Shown here: one piece after another, positions 36,901 to 46,100 of the stretch
Layout of the letters: every line of letters starts with the position of its first letter
Position numbering within the stretch: position 1 is the stretch's first letter
Assembly: GCA_963514005.1 (NCBI GenBank)
Contig: OY740795.1
Coordinates: forward strand, 58,404,001-58,468,000
Direction of reading: 5' to 3'
DNA: 64,000 nucleotides
DNA from: Raja brachyura
Taxonomy: Eukaryota
Notes under the pieces: model-generated
Seen by the model: the letters and a program-made list of their open reading frames with translations, nothing else
What the model was told of the DNA's origin: nothing
The model's database searches: none
Translations under genes and position numbers: made by a program

Positions 36901-39900
36901 AGTGCATATTAAGAACATAATGTATGGTTGGATAGTCCCACTCACCAGTCGGAGTGGATAAGGATGGAGAAAGAGGAGTCTTTCCCGTACGATATAGGAA
37001 CGATCTTGTTCTCACCGATATAATTGAATAGTATAATATAAGAAGAACCCAATTATTCACAATACGAGTTTGGAAACAAATAAAATTATCCTTGAAATTA
37101 AATAATCTATCAGTACTAACCCCAATATTGAATAATCCTGCATTCAAACCATCTCTTATCGACAAAACATATAAACAATGGGATAGACTGGGAATTAGGA
37201 AAGTAGGAGATATGTATGAATTGGGCAAATTGTTATCATTTCAACAATTAAAATCAAAATTTAAACTGAATGATAATCAATATTTTAAATGTATACAAAT
37301 ATGTGAATTTATGAAGAAATATATACATAGATTTCAAACTATATTTTAGACCCTTTAGAAGCAATGAATATTAAGGCTCATTTACAAAAAATTACATCAT
37401 ATTTTTATAATAGTATGTTAAATAGAGAATTACCCTCAACAGAGGCACTAAGAGAAGATTGGGAACATGAACTAATGATAAAGATTCCGAAAGATAAATG
37501 GGAAAAGTATCTGATGAACACACATAATTGTTACATTAATGCAAGACGTAATCTAATTCAATTTAAATTATTACCTTTATCTTTAATAAAAAAATATTAT
37601 CTTTAATAAAAAAATATTACAAAAAAAAAAAAAAAAAATTATTACAGCGACTATATTATTGAAAAACGAGGTTGAATAACTTCTACCCAAACGTCTCTCC
37701 TAGATGCGATAAATGTTTGTTTCAAAATGCCAATATAACACATTCATTTGTAGGATGTATAAAGTAGAATACATTTTGGACCAATATATTTGATATATTT
37801 ACAAAGCTCTTCAAGTCAAGAATAGAACCTAATACAGAATGAATTATATTTGGAATAATAGCAGACAATATCAATTTAAACAAAGACCAAAAAGTATTCT
37901 TTAATTATGGGTTAATAATTGGAAAGAAATTGATACTTACATTTTGAAAAAATACAGTTATACCAATTATTAAAATGTGGATTAGTAATATGATGGACAT
38001 AGCTCACCTTGAAGAAATGAGACTCCGCCTAATAGATAAATATGACCAATTCTTAAGGAGTTGGTCCCCTTTCATTGACTTTTTGGAATCATGTGATGCA
38101 GCAGTGCCGTAAAGATTTCTGATTTCAGGTCAGGTCGTGGATAGATTTACATCTCCAAACAAAGATTTGAAATTTTCCTTTTTAAGGGTCTTTTTCTCCT
38201 ATTTCTACTTTTTCTTTTCTTATATACACACCTCGCGTTTTTCTATTTTCTACTATCTATTTATCTTCTTTTTCTTCTCTCTATTTGTTGTCTTTTTTTT
38301 TACTTCCTTTTCAAAAACATAAAACTAGAGGTTGTACATAGAATGTATTACGTTATGAGATAGTTGGCACCTAAAATTAGGTGCCACTGTATTGTTTTGT
38401 ACTGTATTAGCTTCTAATAAAATAAACAAAAGTTAAAAAAAATTTTTTTTGGAAATATAGAATAAAATTACAACTGGATACATCTAGAGACTGGATAGCA
38501 TTAAGTTTCTTACCGTTGGTTACCATTAACATGGTGCCTCCTCCCCAGTAGTCAAGTCCAGTGTACACAGTGAAACGCATCATGTCAAATACTTTGCTCT
38601 CCAAAAACTAATGCATGCACTGCTCACAGTGGATATGTCCCGGGCTACTCTCCGCTGTTATTTTTAAAGCTGAACAGTGTTCTTCCAAATCTCATGTAAA
38701 ATAACGTTAATTGGCCAGAATGGACATTTACATAGAAAATAGTTGCAGGAGGAGGCCATTTGGCCCTTCGAGCCAGCACGCCATTCATTGAGATCATGGC
38801 TGATCGTCCCCTGTCAATAACCCATGCCTGCCACAAATTAGGAGACCAAAACTGTACACAATACTCCAGATGTGGCCTAACCAGAGCCCTATACAACTGC
38901 AGAAGAACCTCTTTACTCCTATACTGAAATGCTCTTGTTATGAAGGCCAACATTCCATTAGCTTTCTTCACTGACTGCTGTACCTGCACGCCACCTTTCA
39001 GTGACCGGTGTACAAGGATGCCCAGGTCTCGCTGCACCTCCCCCTTACCTAACCTAACCCCTTTGAGATAATAACCTGCCCCCTTGTTTTTGCCACCAAA
39101 GTGGGTAACCTCACATTTATCTATATTATACTGCATCTGCCATGCGGCATTCCACTCGCCACTGCCTGCCATTCTGAAAAGGACCCGTTCATTCCTACTC
39201 TTTGCTTTCGGTCTGCCAGCCAATTTTCTATCCATGTCAACACCCTACCCCCAATACCATGCGGTCTAATTTTAGTCACCAGTCTCCCATGTGGGACCTT
39301 ATCAAAGGCAATTTTTTCAAAACAATCCATGTAACTTTAAGCAGTGAACTTTCATTTGAATTTGCTTCATTCAGCTCTCCTGCTGTGCTTGTAGGTTCAA
39401 ACTGGAGAAAACTAGGTGTGCGCGTTTTTGTACGGGGGAGTCGCTGTTTGCAGCACGGTGACCCCCTGTAGTATCTGTCGCACAGTAATAGACAGCGGTG
39501 TCTTCGATCCTCAGGTTCCTGGCGGTCACAGTGAACATATTATTTGAATTGTCTTTGGACGGAGTAAATCGTCTCTCTATCCCCGGAGCGAAGTACTTGT
39601 TAGAAGAATCGTAGCAGCTAAGCAGCCACTCCAGCCCCTGCCCGGGGACTTGACGGACCAAATACATATAGCGGCTGCTAAAATCGAACCCGCTGGTTTT
39701 GCAGGTCAGTGTGATGGAGCCTCCATGAATGGCGGTCTCTGTCTTGGGCTGTGTTAGAACGACATCGGAATGGACACCTGCAAGTTAAAAAAAGGCATGA
39801 ATGGTGAGGACAAATTATTGACAATTGATCGCCGACTTTAATTATCAAGAGGGAATAAATTGGGAGCCTGCAAGAGTGGGTAGAACGGGAATGGCGTAGT

Positions 39901-39991
39901 GGATATACCACTGAGAAACTTGCGTGAGGAATCTGTCCAACTCACGGACTATTAACGCCAGGAACAGACTCAGTGAAACTGCCGACCTCAT
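18757..39991 (-). CDS. IGHM: Immunoglobulin mu heavy-chain gene cluster (L-VD...DJ-CH1-CH2-CH3-CH4/sec-TM1-TM2), cartilaginous-fish type
   Basis: Nine coding segments, all stop-free, with GT-AG boundaries in compatible phases and Ig-domain Cys/Trp motifs; see the individual exons. Confidence 0.95.
18887..19014 (-). CDS. IGHM: IgM TM1 exon
   Basis: ctttctgtag|(D)[42 protein letters not shown]|gtgagt; acidic spacer plus antigen-receptor TM motif; too short for the ORF track. Confidence 0.93.
19777..20360. other. Assembly gap (584 N), flanked by a (GT/GC)n repeat, in the CH4-TM1 intron
   Basis: Run of N. Confidence 0.99.
21685..21700 (-). terminator. Tandem AATAAA polyadenylation signals of the secretory mu transcript
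   Basis: TTTATT on + at 21685-21690 and 21695-21700, ~30-40 bp after the tailpiece stop. Confidence 0.8.
21728..22119 (-). CDS. IGHM: IgM CH4 exon with secretory tailpiece; internal donor for the membrane form at 21790/21789
   Basis: ccgtag|(G)[56 protein letters not shown]|[19 protein letters not shown]; NVS sequon and penultimate Cys; G|GTAAA internal donor. Confidence 0.96.
22300..24510 (+). mobile_element. Degenerate CR1 LINE in the CH3-CH4 intron
   Basis: [13 protein letters not shown] and VPQGSVLGP motifs; CR1 3' UTR. Confidence 0.9.
25657..25959 (-). CDS. IGHM: IgM CH3 exon
   Basis: ccacag|(D)[76 protein letters not shown]|gtgagc; 303 nt. Confidence 0.95.
26200..29270 (+). mobile_element. 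Degenerate Penelope-like (RT plus GIY-YIG) element in the CH2-CH3 intron, split by a CR1
   Basis: [17 protein letters not shown] (ctccgctacattgacgac ~27855), [14 protein letters not shown] and RFTEHL remnants. Confidence 0.75.
26840..27550 (-). mobile_element. Young 5'-truncated CR1 LINE
   Basis: Open frame 26916..27548; C-terminal 128 aa identical to ORF 58127..58513. Confidence 0.92.
29359..29670 (-). CDS. IGHM: IgM CH2 exon
   Basis: ctttcag|(D)[58 protein letters not shown]|gtaag; 312 nt. Confidence 0.95.
30575..31100 (+). mobile_element. Rex1/Babar-like LINE 3' fragment with (TG)n/(TA)n microsatellites
   Basis: [34 protein letters not shown], similar to the ORF at 55404. Confidence 0.7.
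31156..31458 (-). CDS. IGHM: IgM CH1 exon
   Basis: cttgcag|(A)[84 protein letters not shown]|gttcgt; 303 nt; light-chain-linking Cys retained. Confidence 0.93.
31694..34230 (-). mobile_element. Cluster of CR1 fragments (31694-31790, 32160-32900, 32965-34230) plus a GC-rich repeat (~31800-32160)
   Basis: Minus-strand CR1 RT ORFs 32228..32641, 33382..33717 and 33815..34264. Confidence 0.85.
34726..38448 (+). mobile_element. L1 LINE with 5' inversion (inverted part ~34726-36320 on -, direct part ~36321-38448 on +)
   Basis: The minus part encodes [35 protein letters not shown]. The plus part resumes [20 protein letters not shown] and ends in AATAAA plus an A-rich tail. Flanking repeat TTGGAAATAT at 34716-34725 and 38449-38458. 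Confidence 0.88.
38514..38565 (-). CDS. IGHJ: Germline-joined D2-JH segment
   Basis: TACACTGGA CTTGACTACTGGGGAGGAGGCACCATGTTAATGGTAACCAACG|gtaag = [17 protein letters not shown]; WGxG motif; preceded by a 12-spacer RSS. Confidence 0.9.
38566..38593 (+). promoter_or_regulatory. Recombination signal sequence, 12-bp spacer (5' of D2)
   Basis: CACAGTG (38566-38572), 12 bp, TCAAATACT (38585-38593; 6/9 match to ACAAAAACC). Confidence 0.8.
38730..39310 (-). mobile_element. Internally deleted CR1 fragment between the two RSS
   Basis: ORFs 38645..39235 and 39121..39330 are discontinuous CR1 RT pieces, with a 3' tail. Confidence 0.88.
39423..39460 (-). promoter_or_regulatory. Recombination signal sequence, 22-bp spacer (3' of D1)
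   Basis: CACCGTG (39460-39454), 22 bp, ACAAAAACG (39431-39423). Confidence 0.9.
39461..39777 (-). CDS. IGHV: VH exon germline-joined to D1
   Basis: cttgcag|(R)[100 protein letters not shown] followed by the D-like ATACTACAGGGGGT (39474-39461); open frame. Confidence 0.95.
39946..39991 (-). CDS. IGHV: VH leader (signal peptide) exon
   Basis: [19 protein letters not shown]|gtgagt; 46 nt, phase 1, with a 168-bp intron to the V exon. Confidence 0.93.
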
Positions 39992-40049
39992 CCCGCTGGG
40001 AAGTGTGACCCGGTTTGTTTCTGTACAGAACCTTGCAACAAACCAACTG

Positions 40050-40240
40050 CAAGGAAGTTGGATTTCGGACCCTCTTAGAGAGAATTAAATACCCGGCAAA
40101 AGAGGGTGTAGTTGTGGGCGGGATTTGTAAACCGAGTGGTGCAGCGGGCGGAGCTGGCACACGGCTCCCAACTTCAACAACAAGATGCACTCACAGATGC
40201 ACAAGAGGTTAATAAAACAGCGTGCTACTCCGCCCCTTAC
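40050..40240 (-). promoter_or_regulatory. Putative VH promoter
   Basis: TATA-like TATTTAA at 40091-40085; GC boxes at 40116, 40146 and 40230; GGAAGT at ~40053; no consensus octamer. Confidence 0.5.
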
Positions 40241-40959
40241 ACAATGTAAATAAGATGGTTTAAAGGTCGGTTCCATTGTGTAATTCTGTTAAAATGCGGC
40301 AGACCTTATAATCGTTATCGCGTATTAAAATGCCACTAAATAAAATAAACACTATGGCGTTAAAATATCCTTCCAAGGTTCCAAAAAGCCTCACTGGATA
40401 ATCAGCAATGACGAGAATGACATCGGCTCAAGAAACGACCATGCGTCGCAGGACCTACATGGAGTCCACTGGGAAAAAATAAATGTTTCATCAGAGATAG
40501 CTACTAGAGGCAACGAAGGTTGAAACCTTCCCATGTGATTCAGCGCGGTCTAATTTAAAACAGACTGACAAGGCAACAGTTTGGGAGATTGTTTTTCATT
40601 GCACCGCTGTGTTCTGTAGTTTCGAAATGGCAGGATGCAAAAGCAGGGCCCATGCATTGACACTTGACCACATTAACTGAAGGGTGAAAACCATAGATTC
40701 AGGCTGAACAAAAGGGACATAAAATGAAAAGAGATGTGTGTATGTGTGCAATATTTGAGCAAGGAAGACAGGCAGATAGACAGACGGGCAGACGGACAGA
40801 CGGAGAGACAGAGAGACAGAGAGACTGTTGTTTGTTGTTTGTTGTTTGTTGTTTTCAAAGGTAGACACAAAATCATGGAGTAACTCAGTGGGACAGGCAG
40901 CCTCTCTGGAGAGAAGGAATGGGTGAAGTTTCTGGTCGAGACCTTTCTTCAGACTTATC

Positions 40960-41645
40960 AGAGATCCCTGAAGGTGGAATCGCATGTAGATAGGGTGGTA
41001 AAGAAAACTTTTGGTGTGCTGGCCTTTATAAATCAGAGCATTGAATATAGGAGTAGGGAAGTAATGTTAAAATTGTACAAGGCATTGGTGAGACCAATTC
41101 TGGAGTATGGTGTACAATTTTGGTTGCCTAATTATAGGAAGGATGTCAACAAAATAGAGAGTACAGAGGAGATTTACTAGAATGTTGCCTGGGTTCCAGC
41201 AACTAAGTTACAGAGAAAGGTTGAACAAGTTAGGTCTTTATTCTTTGGAGCACAGAAGGTTAAGGGGGGACTTGATTGAGGTCTTTAAAATGATGAAAGG
41301 GATAGACAGAGTTGACGTGGATAAGCTTTTCCCATTGAGGGTAGGGAAGATTCAAACAAGAGGGCATGACATGAGAAATAAGGGACAGAAGTTTAGGGGT
41401 AACATGAGGGGGAACTTCTTTACTCAGAGAGTGGTGGCTTTGTGGAATGATCTTCCTGCAGTAGTGATGGAGGCAGGATCGATTTTAACATTTAAAAGTA
41501 AAGTGGATAGGTATATGGATGGGAAGGGAATGGAGGGGTATGGTCTGAGTGCAGGTAGATGGGACTAGGGGAAAATAAATGGTCGGCACAGACTGGAAGG
41601 GCCGAGAAGGCCTGTTTCCGTGCTGTAATTGTTATATGGTTATTA
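40960..41645 (+). mobile_element. 5'-truncated CR1 LINE
   Basis: ORFs 40923..41180 and 41182..41568; same subfamily as the 26840 and 57180 copies. Confidence 0.9.
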
Positions 41646-42888
41646 TATGAGATACTGTCTGTCCCGCTGAGTTACTCCAGCATTTTGTGTCTGCCTTCGA
41701 TTTAAACCAGCATCTGCAGTTCTTTCAAACTTATTCGTTGTCAATATCGAATAATAATAGGACTGTCCATTCCAATTTCGAGATTAGTTACATCGAAGAC
41801 AGTGGGGAGAAATGATAATAAATCAAACACATAGTTATATTAAAATGTCATCAAGAGATCCAAATGAAATTAATCGATGTAATGGTGCAGGAGTGGAATT
41901 GTAGATCAGTCGTGTGATTGGAGAAATTATCGGCATTAGGGATGATTCCAGTGGTGTTGATATTCCAAAGAGCAAAGTTCCAAACAATCAATCAATGAGC
42001 ATATTTGTTGGACAGTGTTTCATTGATCCAGACTGCACTGGTTGGGCAGAAGTTGTCTAATAGAGATATCTAATAGAGATATCTGAAGAAGAATCCACCA
42101 GTGTTATCTGAGGAGATAGATAGAAACAGTAGTAAACCGATTTGTGAGGAAAACACGAAGAATGTCGAAAATTTAAGGTGCAGTCAGGCAAATAATTGTT
42201 CCTGCGTTCCAACATACTATTCTTCTAAACTTGAATTTGAACTATCTATGCATCTGTGAATTTGTTGCGCGTGGCATTCAAATGTATGCAGAGAATGCTA
42301 TTGATCCCAGCCATTGTTGGAAAATAAGGGATATGATACATGTTCTTAGTTAACCTAGCTTTGTAGGAAATATTATTGACTACCATCATCCATATGCACT
42401 TCAACTTTGTTTATTTTATCTACAAGAGGGAACGTTGACAACTTAAAATAAAGGTCTCTGAGGTAATCTGTTCGGATATTTGCATTTCTTTCTCACTTAT
42501 CTGTTTTGCGCCTCTGGGGAAACATTGATTCTGTTTCTGTCCTCTAGTAAACACACTTAGCTCTGGGGCTGTTGAAATCAGCGTTTATTTTAATCAGCTC
42601 ATCACTGTTTCCAGACACTTTTAGAGCAACACAAACAAGGCAATGAATATATCATTCTCGACCGCGATTATATGTTTTAAGGATAATGGCAGTTGGCGCG
42701 AATCAACTAAATTCTCTGAGGGGGTCTATTTTATCATATCTCGTTCAAATAAATTAATGTGATTTTAAATTATGGATTCACCAGAATATTTTTTGCGGTC
42801 CACTTGAATCTCCACTTGCAGAAATGTTTAAGCAAACGAGGTCAATGGAGGAATCGAGTTATTTCCACACCTCCACTGTAGGTTTTGC

Positions 42889-43071
42889 NNNNNNNNNNNN
42901 NNNNNNNNNNNNNNNNNNNNNNNNNNNNNNNNNNNNNNNNNNNNNNNNNNNNNNNNNNNNNNNNNNNNNNNNNNNNNNNNNNNNNNNNNNNNNNNNNNNN
43001 NNNNNNNNNNNNNNNNNNNNNNNNNNNNNNNNNNNNNNNNNNNNNNNNNNNNNNNNNNNNNNNNNNNNNNN
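42889..43071. other. Assembly gap (183 N)
   Basis: Run of N. Confidence 0.99.
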
Positions 43072-43179
43072 TCAAGCAAGATCCACTACCATGTACGTCC
43101 AAGCCCAAGTAAGAATTTAATTGTACCGCTCTCGGCACTCATGAAAATTATACATTCTTGATACATGACGCGTCATGTG

Positions 43180-46100
43180 TTAGAAACATAAAAGAAACAC
43201 ATAAAAATAGGTGCAGGAGTAGGCCATTCCTCCCTTCGAATAGGAACCACCATTCAATGTGATCATGGCTGATCATCTAAATTCTGTATCCCGTTCCTGC
43301 GTTTTCCCCATATCCCATGATGCCTTTAGTCCTAAAAACTACATCTAACTCTCTCTTGAAAAGATCCAGTGAATTTGCCTCCGCTGCCTTCTGTGGTAGA
43401 GAATTCCACAGATTCACAACTCTGGGTGAAATTTTTTATCGTCATCTCAGCCCTAAATGGCCTGCCCCTTATTCTTAAACTGTGATCCCGGCCCTGGTTC
43501 TGGACTCCCCCACCATCGGGAACATTTTTCCTGCATCCAGCCTCTCAGTCCCGCCATCCCGGGAATAAACCTGGTGAAATTGATAGAAGTTTTCGTCCAC
43601 TGCACTCCCTCAATAGCAATAATGTCCTCCCTCAAATTAGGAGAGCAAAATTGCACACAATACTACAAGTGCGATGTCACCAGGGGCCTGTACAACTGCC
43701 AGTAGGACCTGCTTGCTCCTAAACTCAAATCCTCTCGCAATGAAGGCCAACATGCCATTGGATTTCTTCTCTGTCTGCTGTACCTGCAAGCTTATTTTCA
43801 GTGACTGATGTACAAGTACACACAGGGCTCAATGCACCTCCCCTTTTCCAAATCTGACACCATTCAGATAATAAACTGCCTTTCTGTTCTTACCACCAAA
43901 ATGGATAACATCACGTGTATCCACATTATACTGCATCTGCCATGCATCTGCCTTATTTTAAGTCACCATGCAGCCTCATAGCATCCTCATCGCAGCTCAC
44001 ACCGCCACCCAGCTTTACAAACACAGAAACATAGAAAATAGGTGCAGGAGGAGGCCCTTCGAGCCGGCAACGCCATTCATTGTGATCATGGCTGATCGTC
44101 CCCAATCAATATCCCGTGCCTGCCTTCTCCCCATATCCCTTGATTCCACTAGCCCCTAGAGCTCTATCTAACTCTCTTCAATCCATCCAGTGATTTTGCC
44201 TCCACTGCCCTCTGTGGCAGGGAATTCCACAAATTCACAACTCTCTGGGTGAAAAAGTTTTTTTTCATGTCAGTCTTAAATGGCCTCCCCTTTATTCTAA
44301 GACTGTGGCCCCTGGTTCTGGACTTGCCCAACATTGGGACCATTTTTCCTGCATCTAGCTTGTCGAGTCCTTTTATAATTGTATATGTTTCTATAATCTC
44401 CCTCATCCTTCTAAACTCAAGTGAATACAAGCCTAGCCTTTTCAATCTTTCCTCATATGACAGTCCCACCATCCCCGGAATCAATCTTGTGAACCTACGC
44501 TGCACTGCCTCAATCACACGGATGTCCTTCCTCAAATTAGGAGACCAAAACTGCACACAATACTTCAGATGTGGTCTTATCAGGGTCCTATACAACTGCA
44601 GAAGTACCTCTTTACTCCTACACTGAAATCCTCTTGTTATGTGCCCTCTGTAAACTTAACTTGGAAATGTCACATTTAATTCCTAAATTGTTAATGTACA
44701 GTATATTGTAAATAACTGGGGTCCCAGCACCGAGCCTTGCCGCACCCCATTAATCATTGCCTGCCATTCCGAAAAGGACCAGTTAATTCCTACTCTTTGC
44801 TTCCTGTCTGCCAACCAATCCTCTAATCATGTCAATACCTTACCTCCAATACCATGTGATCTAATTTTGCACACTAATCTCTTGTGTGGGACCTTGTCAA
44901 AGGCTTTTTGAAAGTCCAGATACACCACATCCACTGGCTCTCCCTTATACTTTTTACTTGTTACATCCTCAAAAATTTCCAGAAGATTAGTCAGGCATGA
45001 TTTCTCCTTTGTAGATCCATGCTGACTTTGACTGTTCCTGTCACTGCTTTCCAAATGTGCCGCAGTAACATCTCTAATACCGACTCAAGCATCTTCCCCA
45101 CTACCGATGTCAGGCTAACTGGTCTACAATTTCCAGTATTCTCTCTCCCTCCTTTCTAAAAAAGTGGAGTTACATTGGCTACCCTCCAGTGCACAGGAAT
45201 GGATCCAGAGTCGGGAGAACATTGGAAAATGATTACCATTGCATCAACGATTTCTAGGGCCACCTGCTTGAGTACTCTTGGACGCAGACCATCAGGCCCT
45301 GCGGATGTATCTATCTTCAGTCCCAACAGTTTACATCACACCATTTCCTCGTTAATGTGCATTTCCTTCAGTCCCTCCCTCCCACTAGATCCTCTGTCAC
45401 GCATTATCTCTGGGAGATTGTTTATGTCTTCCTTAGTGAATACTGAACCAAAGTACTTGTTTAACTGTTCTGCTATTTCCTTGCTTCCCATTAGAAATTC
45501 ACCTGTCTCTGATTGTAAGTGACCTAAATTCTCTTCACTGATCTTTTCCATTTTACACATCAAAATAAGCCAGTTTTTATATTCCTCGCAAGGTTTCTTT
45601 CATGCCTTTTCCCCGCTGCTAATTAACCCTTTTGTCCTCCTGTTGAGTTCTAAATTTCTCCCAATACTCTGACCAATTCATGTGCCTCTTCCTTGGATTT
45701 AACGCTATCCTTGATTTCCCTCGTTAGCCACGTTGAGCCACCTTCCCCATTTTATATTTTGTCCAGACAGGGATGAACAATTTTTGCAGATCATCCATGC
45801 GGTCTTTAAATCTTTGCCAGTGCATCTCCACCATCAACTCTTTAAGTATAATTTGCCAGTCTATCCTAGCCAATTCCTATCTCATACATTCAGAGTCTCT
45901 TAATAGTTACTTATTAACATTTTGCTTGGACTGTATATAAAATAAGCTTCATTCCCTTTTACTATTACATATGGTCTTAGGAACCACATATAATTCCTCC
46001 ACAGTGAACATATTATAATCTAATCAGTTTCCATTTAAAACGGATAAAAGCGTTTCCGTCACATTTGATCCTCTCTTACCATTTTAAATCCATTTCAATT

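Noticed and set aside
38625-38631. Extra CACAGTG between VD and DJ as a third D segment signal
   Set aside because: No acceptable nonamer at 12 or 22/23 bp in either direction.
42478-42485. Perfect octamer ATTTGCAT as the VH promoter element
   Set aside because: 2.5 kb from the leader; a single 8-mer is expected by chance in 64 kb.
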